From Dictyostelium discoideum (Eukaryota), in assembly GCA_000004695.1 (NCBI GenBank), contig CM000153.2:3616001-3680000 (forward strand): a DNA stretch of 64,000 nt, given 5' to 3'. The notes under the pieces were generated by a model. It saw nothing but the letters and a program-made list of their open reading frames with translations, was not told where the DNA came from and ran no database searches. Below, one piece after another: positions 43,883-55,505 of this stretch (position 1 is the first letter of the stretch; each line of letters opens with the position of its first letter). The position numbers were made by a program, and so were the translations under genes.

Positions 43883-46800
43883 GGCTAACATCAAAAATCT
43901 AATCTCCCTACTAGAGACAGAATTTAAAGACCAAGCCTTCGCAACCCTTTCAGCAATAAATGAATCTAAAAAAAGAGAAGAACAACTTAAACAAGAATTG
44001 AACAACTATTGCGAAGAAACCTCACTCAAGTACATCTCCGCGAGAATCAAGAAAAGACACAATGATTTCACCATCAACGCAGTAAAAGATGCACAAGGTA
44101 GAACAATTAACAAACAGGAATTGATCGAAGAAGAATACGTAAAATATTACTCAAATCTTTATGACTACAAAGAAGATGACCCACTATCTCATTACGAAAT
44201 GTTGGAAAATTGGACAGTGACCAGGGACTCGACATGGGACAACCTTGAAAATGAATTCACCTCACAAGAAATCCTAGAAGTAATAAAACAACTGAACCCA
44301 CACAAATCTCCAGGTCCAGATGGAATTCCAAACTTATTCTACATAACACACAAAGAAAAACTAGCTCCAATACTGGCCTCAGCATTCAACGACACTCTAA
44401 GAAATCCTCATCTAATTAGCAAAAATTACAAAGAAGGCCTCATTATCACGATACCTAAAAAGGGAGACCCCGAACTAATCAAAAACAGAAGACCAATTAC
44501 ACTGGCTAACTGTATATATAAAATCCACTCAAAGCTAATAAACAATAGAATAATCCCAATACTAACGAAAGTGATCAACAACAATCAAAAAGGTTTCGTA
44601 CCAGGCAGATTCATTATAGATAATATCATATCAATGAACGAATTAATCAACTATTGTAATGATAAAAGAATTAACGGAATAATTACACTATATATTTCGA
44701 AAAAGCTTNNNNNNNNNNNNNNNNNNNNNNNNNNNNNNNNNNNNNNNNNNNNNNNNNNNNNNNNNNNNNNNNNNNNNNNNNNNNNNNNNNNNNNNNNNNN
44801 NNNNNNNNCTCATCTAATTAGCAAAAATACAAAGAAGGCCTCATTATCACGATACCTAAAAAGGGAGACCCCGAACTAATCAAAAACAGAAGACCAATTA
44901 CACTGGCTAACTGTATATATAAAATCCACTCAAAGCTAATAAACAATAGAATAATCCCAATACTAACGAAAGTGATCAACAACAATCAAAAAGGTTTCGT
45001 ACCAGGCAGATTCATTATAGATAATATCATATCAATGAACGAATTAATCAACTATTGTAATGATAAAAGAATTAACGGAATAATTACACTATATGATTTC
45101 GAAAAAGCTTTTGACTCGATCTCACACGGTTCAATACTTAGATCACTACAACACATCAACATTCCAACCAATATAATCAACCTGATAATGAATCTACTCA
45201 CCAAATCTGAAGCAAGAATTGAAATTAATGGTAGAACTACTATACCCTTTGAGATCAAAAGAGGAGTTAAACAAGGAGATCCACTATCACCCACACTGTT
45301 CGTCCTTGTAATAGAGGCTTTAGCTAGAAAAATTTTACAAGATGATCGAATTACTGGCCTTCCTCTAAACAACAGCAACCACAGAGAGAAATTCCAAAGC
45401 TTTGCAGACGACTCGGCTTCAATGGTCCCAGACTCTCAACAACTTGAATTAGTACTACAACACTTCAATTCATTTTGCAAAGCCACTTCCTCAAAACTAA
45501 ACATCGACAAATCTTCATCAATTCTTATAGGCAACCCAGACAATACCAACCAAAGAATTCCAATATCTACAAATCCAGAAAGATACTTGGGATACTTCTT
45601 CACAGGTAAAGGGATAACAAGAAAAATGCCAGAAATATTAAACACAATAAGATCATCCTTAGTACTATGGAAAACCACTGACTCAACAATAAAAACCAAA
45701 ACCAACATCCTCAAAGCATTCGCACTCTCTAAATTAACCTACTATTCATATGTAGAGAACTTTAAGGAAGAGGAATTAAACCAAATCAATAAATTAGTCG
45801 AATGGTTTTTATCGGCACCAAACAACAAAAATGCTAGTGGATTTCAAGTTATTAATTTAATGAGAACCAAAAGAGCAAGATACCCACTAAAAGTAGGGGG
45901 CTGGAACATTTGGAATATAGAATTGAGACAACTGGCGCAGAAACTTTGGATCATAAACCAGTTCATACTAGCACTAGAAACCAAACAAACAAACTCATCT
46001 CATCACAAAAGCTGGGAATATCAGATCCAAAAAAACAAATTCACATCCAGATACCTAAAAGAAAACTTAGACGAATGGAACAAAATAAGAATAAAAAAAG
46101 CAATCTTCAACAATAATCTCACATCCATAAAAAACGAAAATGGACAACCACTTTCACTGGCAGAATGGTATACCACAATTCAAGACCAAAATCCAACCAT
46201 CCCTAAAACTGAATTCCAATCATCTCTAAACTTAAGAGGCTACAGCTATAATCAACTCTTCAACAACATACTGAAGATAAAAGACCCTAAAACAAGAGAC
46301 ACAATGTTTAGATTCCATGCCAGATGTCTTCCAATAAACTACCTTCACAACAAACAATGCCCACTCTGCAAAGAAGATATGAGCAAAGACCCATACGGTC
46401 ACCTGTTCTTCTCATGCAAGAAAACAAAACAATTCATAAAAATAAATAAACTCAAAAATTTCATCTATATTACCACAGGCAAAGGTAAAAACTGGCACCA
46501 TACAAGAATTAGGCAAAATAACAATTTCATTAATAGAATAACTCCAAAATTATCACCGACATCCAAAAAAGATCAAGAAGTGAATGCAGATTACGCCAAC
46601 CACAGATCCCACAAAGAATACTTTGAATGGAACTATAAAGCAATAGACTATGATCTAACCAGATCATTCGCATATAGAAACCTAATGGCCCTTATCCTCC
46701 ACAACATTTGGATTTGGATTTGCAATCAAATATACAGTGAAGATCCTTTAACAGATGAATCACTATCATACAGCTCCCTTCTAAAGAAATGGCACAAATT

Positions 46801-46987
46801 GGCCACTCTAGAATACATCAAAAAAGCAAAAGATCTGAAAAACTTATCAGCAAAAGACCATAATAACTTCAAAGATCCTAAGATCCTTCTCACTTCAACG
46901 ATCAAGCTAAGAAAAACAACAGCTAATTACTATTGTATTCCAGAATCATCTCTCCCAAATATTATATCTTTTGATCAATTCATATGA
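43830..46987 (+). pseudogene. Retrotransposon ORF2 (reverse transcriptase plus C-terminal Cys-His finger), 5'-deleted for the APE domain and interrupted by an assembly gap and duplication
   Basis: RT motifs as listed for the mobile element. The frame is open from 43830 but has no canonical ATG before the RT. It overlaps ORF1 in the +1 frame. The N-run at 44709-44818 with about 300-bp near-identical flanks breaks the frame. Confidence 0.6.
44709..44818. other. Assembly gap (110 N) with near-identical roughly 300-bp sequence on both sides (44401-44708 and 44811-45100)
   Basis: The run of n is flanked by duplicated ORF2 sequence differing by single-base indels (aaaattacaaag vs aaaatacaaag; tatatttcg vs tatgatttcg). 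This is a scaffolding/overlap artefact rather than biology. Confidence 0.9.
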
Positions 46988-47112
46988 TTAAAATAACCCT
47001 TCAGCTTAAATGATAAGCCTTTAAATAAATATTAAATAAAACTCGTATTAACACAGATGGACATATATCAATCTTGTTAATCCAATATTAAAAAAAAAAA
47101 AAAAAAAAAAAA

Positions 47113-47545
47113 CTTGCTGCTCAGGTTTAAAGAGTGATTTTTTCTGGGTAGTCAATCTTGTTAATATTAAAAAAAAAAAAAAAAAAAAAAAAATTCTGGG
47201 TATCAGGTAATGCAAATCCATGTCCATCAGGATGGTCAGTGGAATACCCAGTCAGAACTGCATCAATCACAAATAATCGATTAACTTGGTACTGGTGTGC
47301 AGATATATTCGATGTTGGTGGCATGTTGAGCAAAATACATTCTCATCAGTTCTAAATTGTGGTTATCAAGCCTATATTATTGGTACAATCACACCTTCAC
47401 AACAACCAATAGATATTTGGTTAATTCATTTTGTTCAAATGATGGTTCTATGGTTAGATCAAATACTAAACCAATAACATCTGATGCTACTAAAAATTTA
47501 TGTGCAAAAGGGAAAATAACAATCACCAATTCAAATATTGATACC
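47113..47545 (+). pseudogene. Truncated, frameshifted, inverted duplicate of the N-terminal domain exon of the EGF/TIG gene (intact copy at about 55680-56100, minus strand)
   Basis: Three overlapping frames read SGNANPCPSGWSVEYPVRTASITNNRLTWYWCADIFDVGG / VLNCGYQAYIIGTITPSQQ / RYLVNSFCSNDGSMVRSNTKPITSDATKNLCAKGK. The intact gene reads SGSANPCPSGWSVEYPVRTAPITNNQLTWYWCVDILDVGG...VLNCGGYQAYTIGTIT...NRYLVVSFCSNQGDMVESNSKPITSDATKNLCTKGK. The copy starts right at the TRE3 poly(A), lacks the signal peptide and EGF repeats, and ends in AT-rich DNA. Confidence 0.75.
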
Positions 47546-47996
47546 TCTTGATAAAAAATAAGCCCAAAAACAAAAATAAAAAATAAAAAATAAAAAATAA
47601 AAATAAAAAAGTGAAAAAATAAAAAATAAAAAATTAATTTTATAATTTTATAATTTTATTATTTTATTATTTAATTTTATTATTTAATTTTATTATTTTA
47701 TTATTTATTATTTAATTATTTAATTATTTAATTATTTATAAAATTTTAAAAAATAAATAAACATCTATTGCTTAAGATGTAAATCTAGATCTTACAAATA
47801 GAATGTATTTTGGATCCATTTCACTATTTTATATTTTTTCTATTGTTTTTTAAAAGATTAAAGCAAGGAATTCTTAGTTTTAAAATTAAAAAAAAAAAAA
47901 AAAAAAAACGTATTGACGTTATTTTTTTTTTTTTTTTTCTAATCACTTTTTTTTTTTTTTTTTAATTTTTATTTACTTTTTTAATATTTATCAAAA

Positions 47997-49463
47997 ATGG
48001 AACTCATACTCTATAATAATAATAATAATAATAAAAATAAAAAAAAGAATTATAATGACAAATTATTTTTTAAAATTTGGAAAAATAAAATTATAAGGAA
48101 TGAAATAATTCATCATTTAAAAATTTATAATATCCATTCAATTAAATTAAATCCTTTTAATGGTAAAAAAGAATTTGAAGAATATAAATATAACAGTTAT
48201 CTTTTGTATTTAGATTTAATAGTATTTGAAAATGAAAATTTAGAAATTGGAACGATACCAAAGGATTCATGTATTAAAGAATTAACAATTAGACAATTTT
48301 TTAATTGTAAAAATGAATTAATAATAAAAGAGAATAGTTTACCCAAGTCGATAAAATCACTTGATATTAGTCGTTGTAATTTTAATCAAAACAATTTAAA
48401 TAATAAAATATTTGGTCAATCAATAACTCATCTTTATTTGGGTACTGGATTTAATAAAAGTCTTGGTGGCAATTGGTTACCTAGTAATTTACAACATTTA
48501 GAAATTCATAGCATGATGTTTAATCAAGATATTAAAATTGGACAATTACCAGAGTCACTTACAATTTTAAGGTTAAATCATTATTATGATGGTTTGATTG
48601 AAACTGGTTCAATTCCTCCCAAAGTTATAAATCTTCATTATAAATTTGATTCAAATTATAATAAGAGTTCATTTGATCAACATTGTTTTATTCCAAAGTA
48701 TATGACATCATTAGAATTTGATTATGAATTTAATCAACCAATCATTGTTGGTACCATTCCAAAGAATATAACATCAATTAAATTTGGTAATCAATTTAAT
48801 AGTGAAATTAAAGAGAATTCATTACCAAAATTAGTTTCTTCAATTACATTTGGTCATGGGTATAGTCAACCAATTAATAATATAAATATTTTACCACCAA
48901 ACCTAACAAAATTAGAATTTGGATATCATTTTGATCAACCAATTGATTCAAATAATTTTCCCTCCTCTATTACCTCTTTAAAATTTGGTGAAAATTTCAA
49001 TAGAGATCTAAATGAATCATTTTTTAAAAAACTTTATCATTTAAAGGTTTTAGAGGTTGGTTTGTATTTTAAAAAAATAATATCACCAAATTCATTACCT
49101 AATTCATTAAAACAATTAAGTTTGGGTGATAGATATAATCATAAATTAACAATTAATACCCTACCATCATCTTTAGAAATATTAAAATTGGGTAGATATT
49201 ATAATCATTCTATTGAAGCTGGTGTACTACCTCCAAATTTAAAATCATTATATCTTGATGGTAATAGTCATATTTTAGATCTAACTCCATCTGGTTGTTT
49301 ACCAAATAATCTACAATATATTTATTTTAAACATTCACCTCCAATTCTATGTCCAACTACAACTCCATCATCTTTAAAATCAATTATATTAACTTCAACT
49401 TTAGAATTAAATAAATTTAAAGAATTTATTGATAATCCCTTCTTTTTTAAATATTTAAAATAA
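47997..49463 (+). CDS. FNIP-repeat protein (488 aa)
   Basis: Many tandem roughly 22-aa repeats of the form LP.SL..L.FG..FNQPI (for example ILPPNLTKLEFGYHFDQPI, FPSSITSLKFGENFNRDL), the Dictyostelium-specific FNIP repeat. Poly-N N-terminus. Single ORF. Confidence 0.75.
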   Translation: MELILYNNNNNNKNKKKNYNDKLFFKIWKNKIIRNEIIHHLKIYNIHSIKLNPFNGKKEFEEYKYNSYLLYLDLIVFENENLEIGTIPKDSCIKELTIRQFFNCKNELIIKENSLPKSIKSLDISRCNFNQNNLNNKIFGQSITHLYLGTGFNKSLGGNWLPSNLQHLEIHSMMFNQDIKIGQLPESLTILRLNHYYDGLIETGSIPPKVINLHYKFDSNYNKSSFDQHCFIPKYMTSLEFDYEFNQPIIVGTIPKNITSIKFGNQFNSEIKENSLPKLVSSITFGHGYSQPINNINILPPNLTKLEFGYHFDQPIDSNNFPSSITSLKFGENFNRDLNESFFKKLYHLKVLEVGLYFKKIISPNSLPNSLKQLSLGDRYNHKLTINTLPSSLEILKLGRYYNHSIEAGVLPPNLKSLYLDGNSHILDLTPSGCLPNNLQYIYFKHSPPILCPTTTPSSLKSIILTSTLELNKFKEFIDNPFFFKYLK

Positions 49464-49543
49464 AAAAATAAAAAATAAAAAATAAAAAATTAAAAAAAAA
49501 AAAAAAAAAAAAAGTTTCCTTTTTTCTTGAGAATTAAAAAAAA

Positions 49544-49578
<35 letters not shown>

Positions 49579-49649
49579 CGGAAAATTGAATTGTCCTTAA
49601 AGAAAAAAAAAAAAAAAAAAAAAAAATTTCAATTACAATTTGTCGTGAA

Positions 49650-50684
49650 ATGAAGTTTTTTCAAATTTTATTAGTTTTTTTTATTGTTGTAATTAATTTA
49701 ATTAAAGCACAAATTGCTTCAAAATTTCAAATAACAATTTTAAATGGATGTGATCAAACTTTTACAGCTGAACTAGATAAATGCTCAACAATTGGTGCAT
49801 GTGGTTTTTCGTATGCCAAAGTAACATATGATTCATTCATGGGTGATTTTACTGTAAATATGTATAAAGAAAATATGTTTAGATGTAATGAAGCTATGCC
49901 AGACAATTTTATAATTTTTGATTGTGGATCTGGTAGTTCATTCCCAGGCCAATACTCAATAAAGTGTATTAAACCGTCTGCAACAACAGCAACAACAACA
50001 ACAATATCAACAACTTCACATTCAACAACAACAACAACAATATCAACAAGTTCTACAACTTCATCTACAACAAATGGAAATACAATTAGTAGTGGAGATA
50101 GTGGTAGTGGTGGTGGAACTAAATCATCAACAACTGCACATTTGTTTTCCTCTTTAAGTTCTACATCTTCTTCCTCTACATCACCACCACCAACTACAAC
50201 TTCAACTACAACTTCAACTACATCTTCTTCCTCTACATCACCACCACCAACTACAGCTTCAACTACAGCTTCAACTACAACTTCAACTACATCTTCTTCA
50301 TCAACTACTGGCGGAGTTAGTGGTGCAACTTGTGAAATAACTTCAAACTCAAGTTTAATAGTTAGTTATATAGCAAATACACCATATATTCAGTGCAATG
50401 GTTCCCCAGATTTAAACTGTAATGGTTTATGTTCAAATAATTCAAATTATACTAGAACTTGCTACGCTAATAAATTCATCAATTGTTCAGGTATATCTAT
50501 CAAATGTTCAATTGATAGTGTTGAAGTTTGCAAAGTACATTGGCAATATGACCCATCTTCAACTACCTCAACCTCTGAAGTTGGACCATTACCAAATCAT
50601 TCAATTTCAAATTTCAATTTCATTTCAACATTTTACATTACATTTATATTATTAACTATTTTTCAATATCATTTAATCATTTGA
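49650..50684 (+). CDS. Secreted Ser/Thr/Pro-rich cell-surface glycoprotein, probably GPI-anchored (PsA/mucin-like), 344 aa
   Basis: N-terminal signal peptide (MKFFQILLVFFIVVINLIKAQ). Cys-containing globular domain. About 130 aa of S/T-rich repeats with STSPPPTT motifs. Second Cys-rich domain. C-terminal hydrophobic tail (FISTFYITFILLTIFQYHLII) typical of a GPI-attachment signal. Confidence 0.6.
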   Translation: MKFFQILLVFFIVVINLIKAQIASKFQITILNGCDQTFTAELDKCSTIGACGFSYAKVTYDSFMGDFTVNMYKENMFRCNEAMPDNFIIFDCGSGSSFPGQYSIKCIKPSATTATTTTISTTSHSTTTTTISTSSTTSSTTNGNTISSGDSGSGGGTKSSTTAHLFSSLSSTSSSSTSPPPTTTSTTTSTTSSSSTSPPPTTASTTASTTTSTTSSSSTTGGVSGATCEITSNSSLIVSYIANTPYIQCNGSPDLNCNGLCSNNSNYTRTCYANKFINCSGISIKCSIDSVEVCKVHWQYDPSSTTSTSEVGPLPNHSISNFNFISTFYITFILLTIFQYHLII

Positions 50685-50929
50685 AAATTAAAATAATAAT
50701 AATAATAATAATAATTTAAAAAAAAAAAAAATATTCTTCCGCTGTGTATATAATAATAAATAAAAAATATTTTAAATTTTGAAACATTCCTTTTTTTTTT
50801 TTTTTTTTCTTTATCTATTTAAACTATTGTTTAAAATTATATATTTATCTTTAAAAAAAAAAAAAAATAGATAAAAAGTAGATATAAATTATAGTATATA
50901 TTTTTTATTATTGAAATAATTTGATTTAT

Positions 50930-53900
50930 TTATTTATTTATTTTTTTATTTAGCATAGTATTTAATTGTTTCTTTTTCTTTCTATCTCTAAATACAAAAG
51001 CACCTATACCAGCAATTGCAACAGCAGCAGCACCACCAATTGATACACCAGTTGCTAATTTCCAATCGACAGTTTTATCATCTTCACATATACCAGTTGG
51101 TTTATTATTGACATTTAAGAGCATACCAAAATCTGGATCAATTAATGATTCATTTTTAAAGTATGGTACGGAAATACCAATCACAGAAGTGGTTCTAGAT
51201 GGTGATTCTAAAGATTCAATATGTGCAATAACTGGATGACCATCAACTGATGCATAGGAAATGAATCTTGTGATCATACCAGTTTCAGGATTTTCAGTGG
51301 TTGTCCAAAGATGTTGATTATAAGTTGAAACGGTTGGTCCATCAATTGAACATTGATTGGCATCATCATTCAATAAAAGAGTTTCAGTTTGAACAACGAT
51401 TCTAAGGGAATTTAATTTTCTAAGGAATGGCCATTTTTGAGTTTTGAATGAAAGTTTAATTGATTCTGATGGAATTACAAAAGAGTTTGAAGCAAAGGTA
51501 ATATTACGTGATTGTTTAAAGTATTCAAATGTTGCTTCCAAATAAGATTGATTTTCAAGAGTAATATTGAAAGTCCATTGATTAGTTGATGAATGACGAC
51601 CCCATTTAGATTGTAATAAATCGATTGAAACTTCAACTTGATCATTAATATCTAATTCTTCAATTCTAATGATGGTGATTTTATAACCAAATCCATTTTC
51701 ACTATTATTGCTACCAACATTAATTGATGGAACATCGACTGTTGGTGGGATTGGATCAATTTCTGCACGAGTTTCATTACATGAAAGACCAGTGAAACCA
51801 ATATCACAAACACAACCACTTGGAGTACATTGACCTTTTCCACTACAATCCAATGGGCATCGAGTATCTTCCAATGTTGAGTAAGTGAAATAGTAATCAT
51901 TGGCAACTGGTAAATTATCAACAACCAAATCAATTAATTGAGAGTAAATAACAGATGTTGACTCTAATTCACAAGTTAACTCTGTATGAGATTTAATTTC
52001 AACATTACTACAATGTTTATTACCAACACTAAGAGTAGCAAAAGATTTAGTTACCAAACCAAAGTTTTCACCAAAAACTGTTAAAATACCACCACTTGAA
52101 TAGACGTTTGATGTTGATTTAATAATTGGATTTGCATAGGTTATATAGGTTGTATCTGTGTTTGTTACAGATTCATTATATAATCTAATATAATTGTAAC
52201 TACCTGAACCTTGACCAATTGTACAAGTAATCTGTTCATTTGATATTATTTGGGATACTGGGCAATTAATTGAGTTGATAATTATTTCAACTAAACCTAA
52301 AGTTGGGAGATTTCTACCAGTTATTGTAATTAAATCATTACCAATAGTTGGTGGATTATGTGAATAACTAACAATATATGGTGCACCAATAAAATTGAAA
52401 GGATCTGATAAAATGTTATTTGCTTCAACTATAACATTACCAATAACTTCTTTACCTTCTCTACTTGAACATTCAGTATATGTATCATTACCAGTAACAT
52501 AATCACAAATCATTTCACCAATTGTAACCTTTGTATCAAACTCTACGAAATTGATACCTTGAACAACAAATATATTGGATCTGAATGGTTTTTGATAAAA
52601 ATTTGTAATGATAGGTTTTGGTTCACATGTAAATGGAGATGAATGAGAATAATCTGATGGATTACATTGACAAACATAACTACCATTTCTATTTTCACAA
52701 ATTGTATTTGAACTACATTCATTCAATTCATTTGATAAACATTCATTAATATCTTCACAATAGGTACTATTATTTGAAAATCCATTCGATGGACAAATAC
52801 ATGAATAGGAACCATCGGTATTTTGACAAGAAGTAAATTCACCAACACATTTATTATCACCATTTTCACATTCATCAATATCATCACATGATAATTTATT
52901 TTCATTTAATGTAAAACCTGAATTACATGAACATGAGAAACTACCAACTGAATTTGTACAAACTTGAATACAACCACCATTATCAGTAGAACATTCATCA
53001 ATATCATCACATTTTTTATTGTCTTGATTTAATAAATAACCTGAATTACAAGAACATTGGAAACTACCTTGTAAGTTTTTACAAACGTGTTGACAATCAC
53101 CATTATTAGTTAAACATTCATCAATATCATCACAATTTTTGTTGTTTTGATTTAAAGTGAAACCTAAATTACATGAACATTGGTAACTACCTATTTGGTT
53201 TATACAAATTTGTCCACAATCACCGTTATTAGTTGAACATTCATCAATGTCATCACATGTTTTGTTATTTTTATTTAATGCAAAACCTGAGTTACAATAA
53301 CATCCGAAACTACCTGGAATATTTGCACATTTTTGATCACAACCACCATTATTTGAAATACATTCATCAATATCATCACAAGACTTTTTATTATCAACAT
53401 TTAAAGTATAACCTGAATCACATGAACATGAGAAACTACCAACTGAATTTGTACAAATTTGACTACAACCACCATTATCAGTAGAACATTCATCAATATC
53501 GATACAACCTGAACCTGTAAATGAGTAACCATTTGGACATGAACATTGATAACTTCCTGGAGAGTTTGCACAATTTGCAGTTCCACAAATATTTTGATCA
53601 CATTCATTTATATCATCACATGATAATTTATTTGAATTTAATGTAAAACCTGAATTACATGAACATGAGAAACTACCAACTGAATTTGTACAAATTTGAC
53701 TGCAACCACCATTATCAGCAGAACATTCATCAATATCAATACAACTTGAACCTGTAAATGAGTAACCACTTGGACATGAACATTGGTAACTTCCTGGTGA
53801 ATTTGTACAATTTGCAGTGCCACAAATCTTTTGATCGCATTCATCTATATCAATACAACCTGAACCAGTAAATGAATAACCACTTGGACATGAACATTGA

Positions 53901-55469
53901 TAACTTCCTGGTATATTAGTGCAATTTGCAGTTCCACAAATCTTTTGATCGCATTCATTTATATCATCACATGATAATTTATTTGAATTTAATATAAAAC
54001 CTGAATTACATGAACATGAGAAACTACCAACTGAATTTGTACAAACTTGTGTACAACCACCATTATTAGTTAAACATTCATTTTTATCTGTACAAGTCTT
54101 TTTATCAGTACTCAATAAATAACCTGAATTACATGAACATGAGAAACTACCTGCTGAATTTGTACAAACTTGACTACAGCCGCCATTATTAGTTGAACAT
54201 TCATTTATATCATTACAATTCTTTTTATCAGTACTTAATATATAACCAGAATTACATGAACATGAGAAACCACCTGCTGAATTTGTACAAACTTGTGCAC
54301 AACCCCCATTATTAGTTGAACATTCATCAATATCTACACAACTTGAACCTGTAAATGAGTAACCACTTGGACATGAACATTGATAACTTCCCACTGTATT
54401 TGTACAGTTTGCAGTACCACATATTTTTTGATCGCATTCATTTATATCTGCACAAGTCTTTTGGTCAGTACCTAATAAATAACCTTGATTACATGAACAT
54501 GAGAAACTACCTGCTGAATTTGTACAAACTTGATTACAACCACCATTATTAGTTGAACATTCATTTATATCTGTACAGGTCTTTTTATCAGTACCTAATG
54601 AATAACCTGAATTACATGAACATGAGAAACTACCAACTGAATTTGTACAAATTTGATTACAACCACCATTATTAGTTGAACATTCATTTATATCTGCACA
54701 AGTCTTTTGGTCAGTTCCTAATGAATAACCTGAATTACATGAACATGAGAAACTACCTGCTGAATTTGTACAAACTTGATTACAACCACCATTATTAGTT
54801 GAACATTCATTTATATCTGCACAAGTCTTTTTATCAGTACCTAATGAATAACCTGAATTACATGAACATGCGAAACTACCTGCTGAATTTGTACAAACTT
54901 GATTACAACCACCATTATTAGTTGAACATTCATTTATATCTGTACAGGTCTTTTTATCAGTACCTAATGAATAACCTGCATTACATGAACATGCGAAACT
55001 ACCTGCTGAATTTGTACAAACTTGATTACAACCACCATTATTAGTTGAACATTCATTTATATCTGTACAAGATTTTTTATCACTATTCAATGTGTAACCT
55101 GCTCTACAAGAACATGTGAAACTACCTGCTGTATTTGCACAATTATGAGCACAACCACCATTATTAGTTGAACATTCATTTATATCTACACAAGTCTTTT
55201 TATCAGTACCTAATGTGTAACCTGCTCTACATGAACATGCGAAACTACCTGCTGAATTTGTACAAACTTGATTACAACCACCATTATTAGTTGAACATTC
55301 ATTTATATCTGTACAAGATTTTTTATCACTATTCAATGTGTAACCTGCTCTACAAGAACATGTGAAACTACCTGCTGTATTTGCACAATTATGAGCACAA
55401 CCACCATTTGAAGTTGAACATTCATTTATATCTAAATTAAAGTTTATTTTTTGAAATTGAAAAAAAAAA

Positions 55470-55505
<36 letters not shown>

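Larger units (their letters stand above)
42600..47192 (+). mobile_element. TRE3-type tRNA-gene-targeted non-LTR (L1-like) retrotransposon inserted downstream of tRNA-Tyr; exact 5' end uncertain. ORF1 42809..43882. ORF2 reading frame about 43830..46987 holds RT plus a CCHC zinc finger but no endonuclease domain. Tandem 3' ends with poly(A) at 47087-47112 and 47169-47192.
   Basis: Same orientation as the tRNA, starting about 60-270 bp beyond its 3' end. Its GC-richer, non-host codon usage is typical of Dictyostelium TRE elements. The basis for the ORF2 domain content and its +1 overlap with ORF1 is set out in the finding at 43790-44120. The element ends in A24-A26. Confidence 0.7.

Noticed and set aside
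47158-47551. Three short plus-strand ORFs treated as genes
   Set aside because: They are successive frames of one frameshifted pseudogene copy of the EGF-gene N-domain.
51652-54552. Several 60-90-aa ORFs on both strands inside the EGF repeat array
   Set aside because: Repeat-induced spurious ORFs, antisense or out-of-frame to the 1,468-aa exon.
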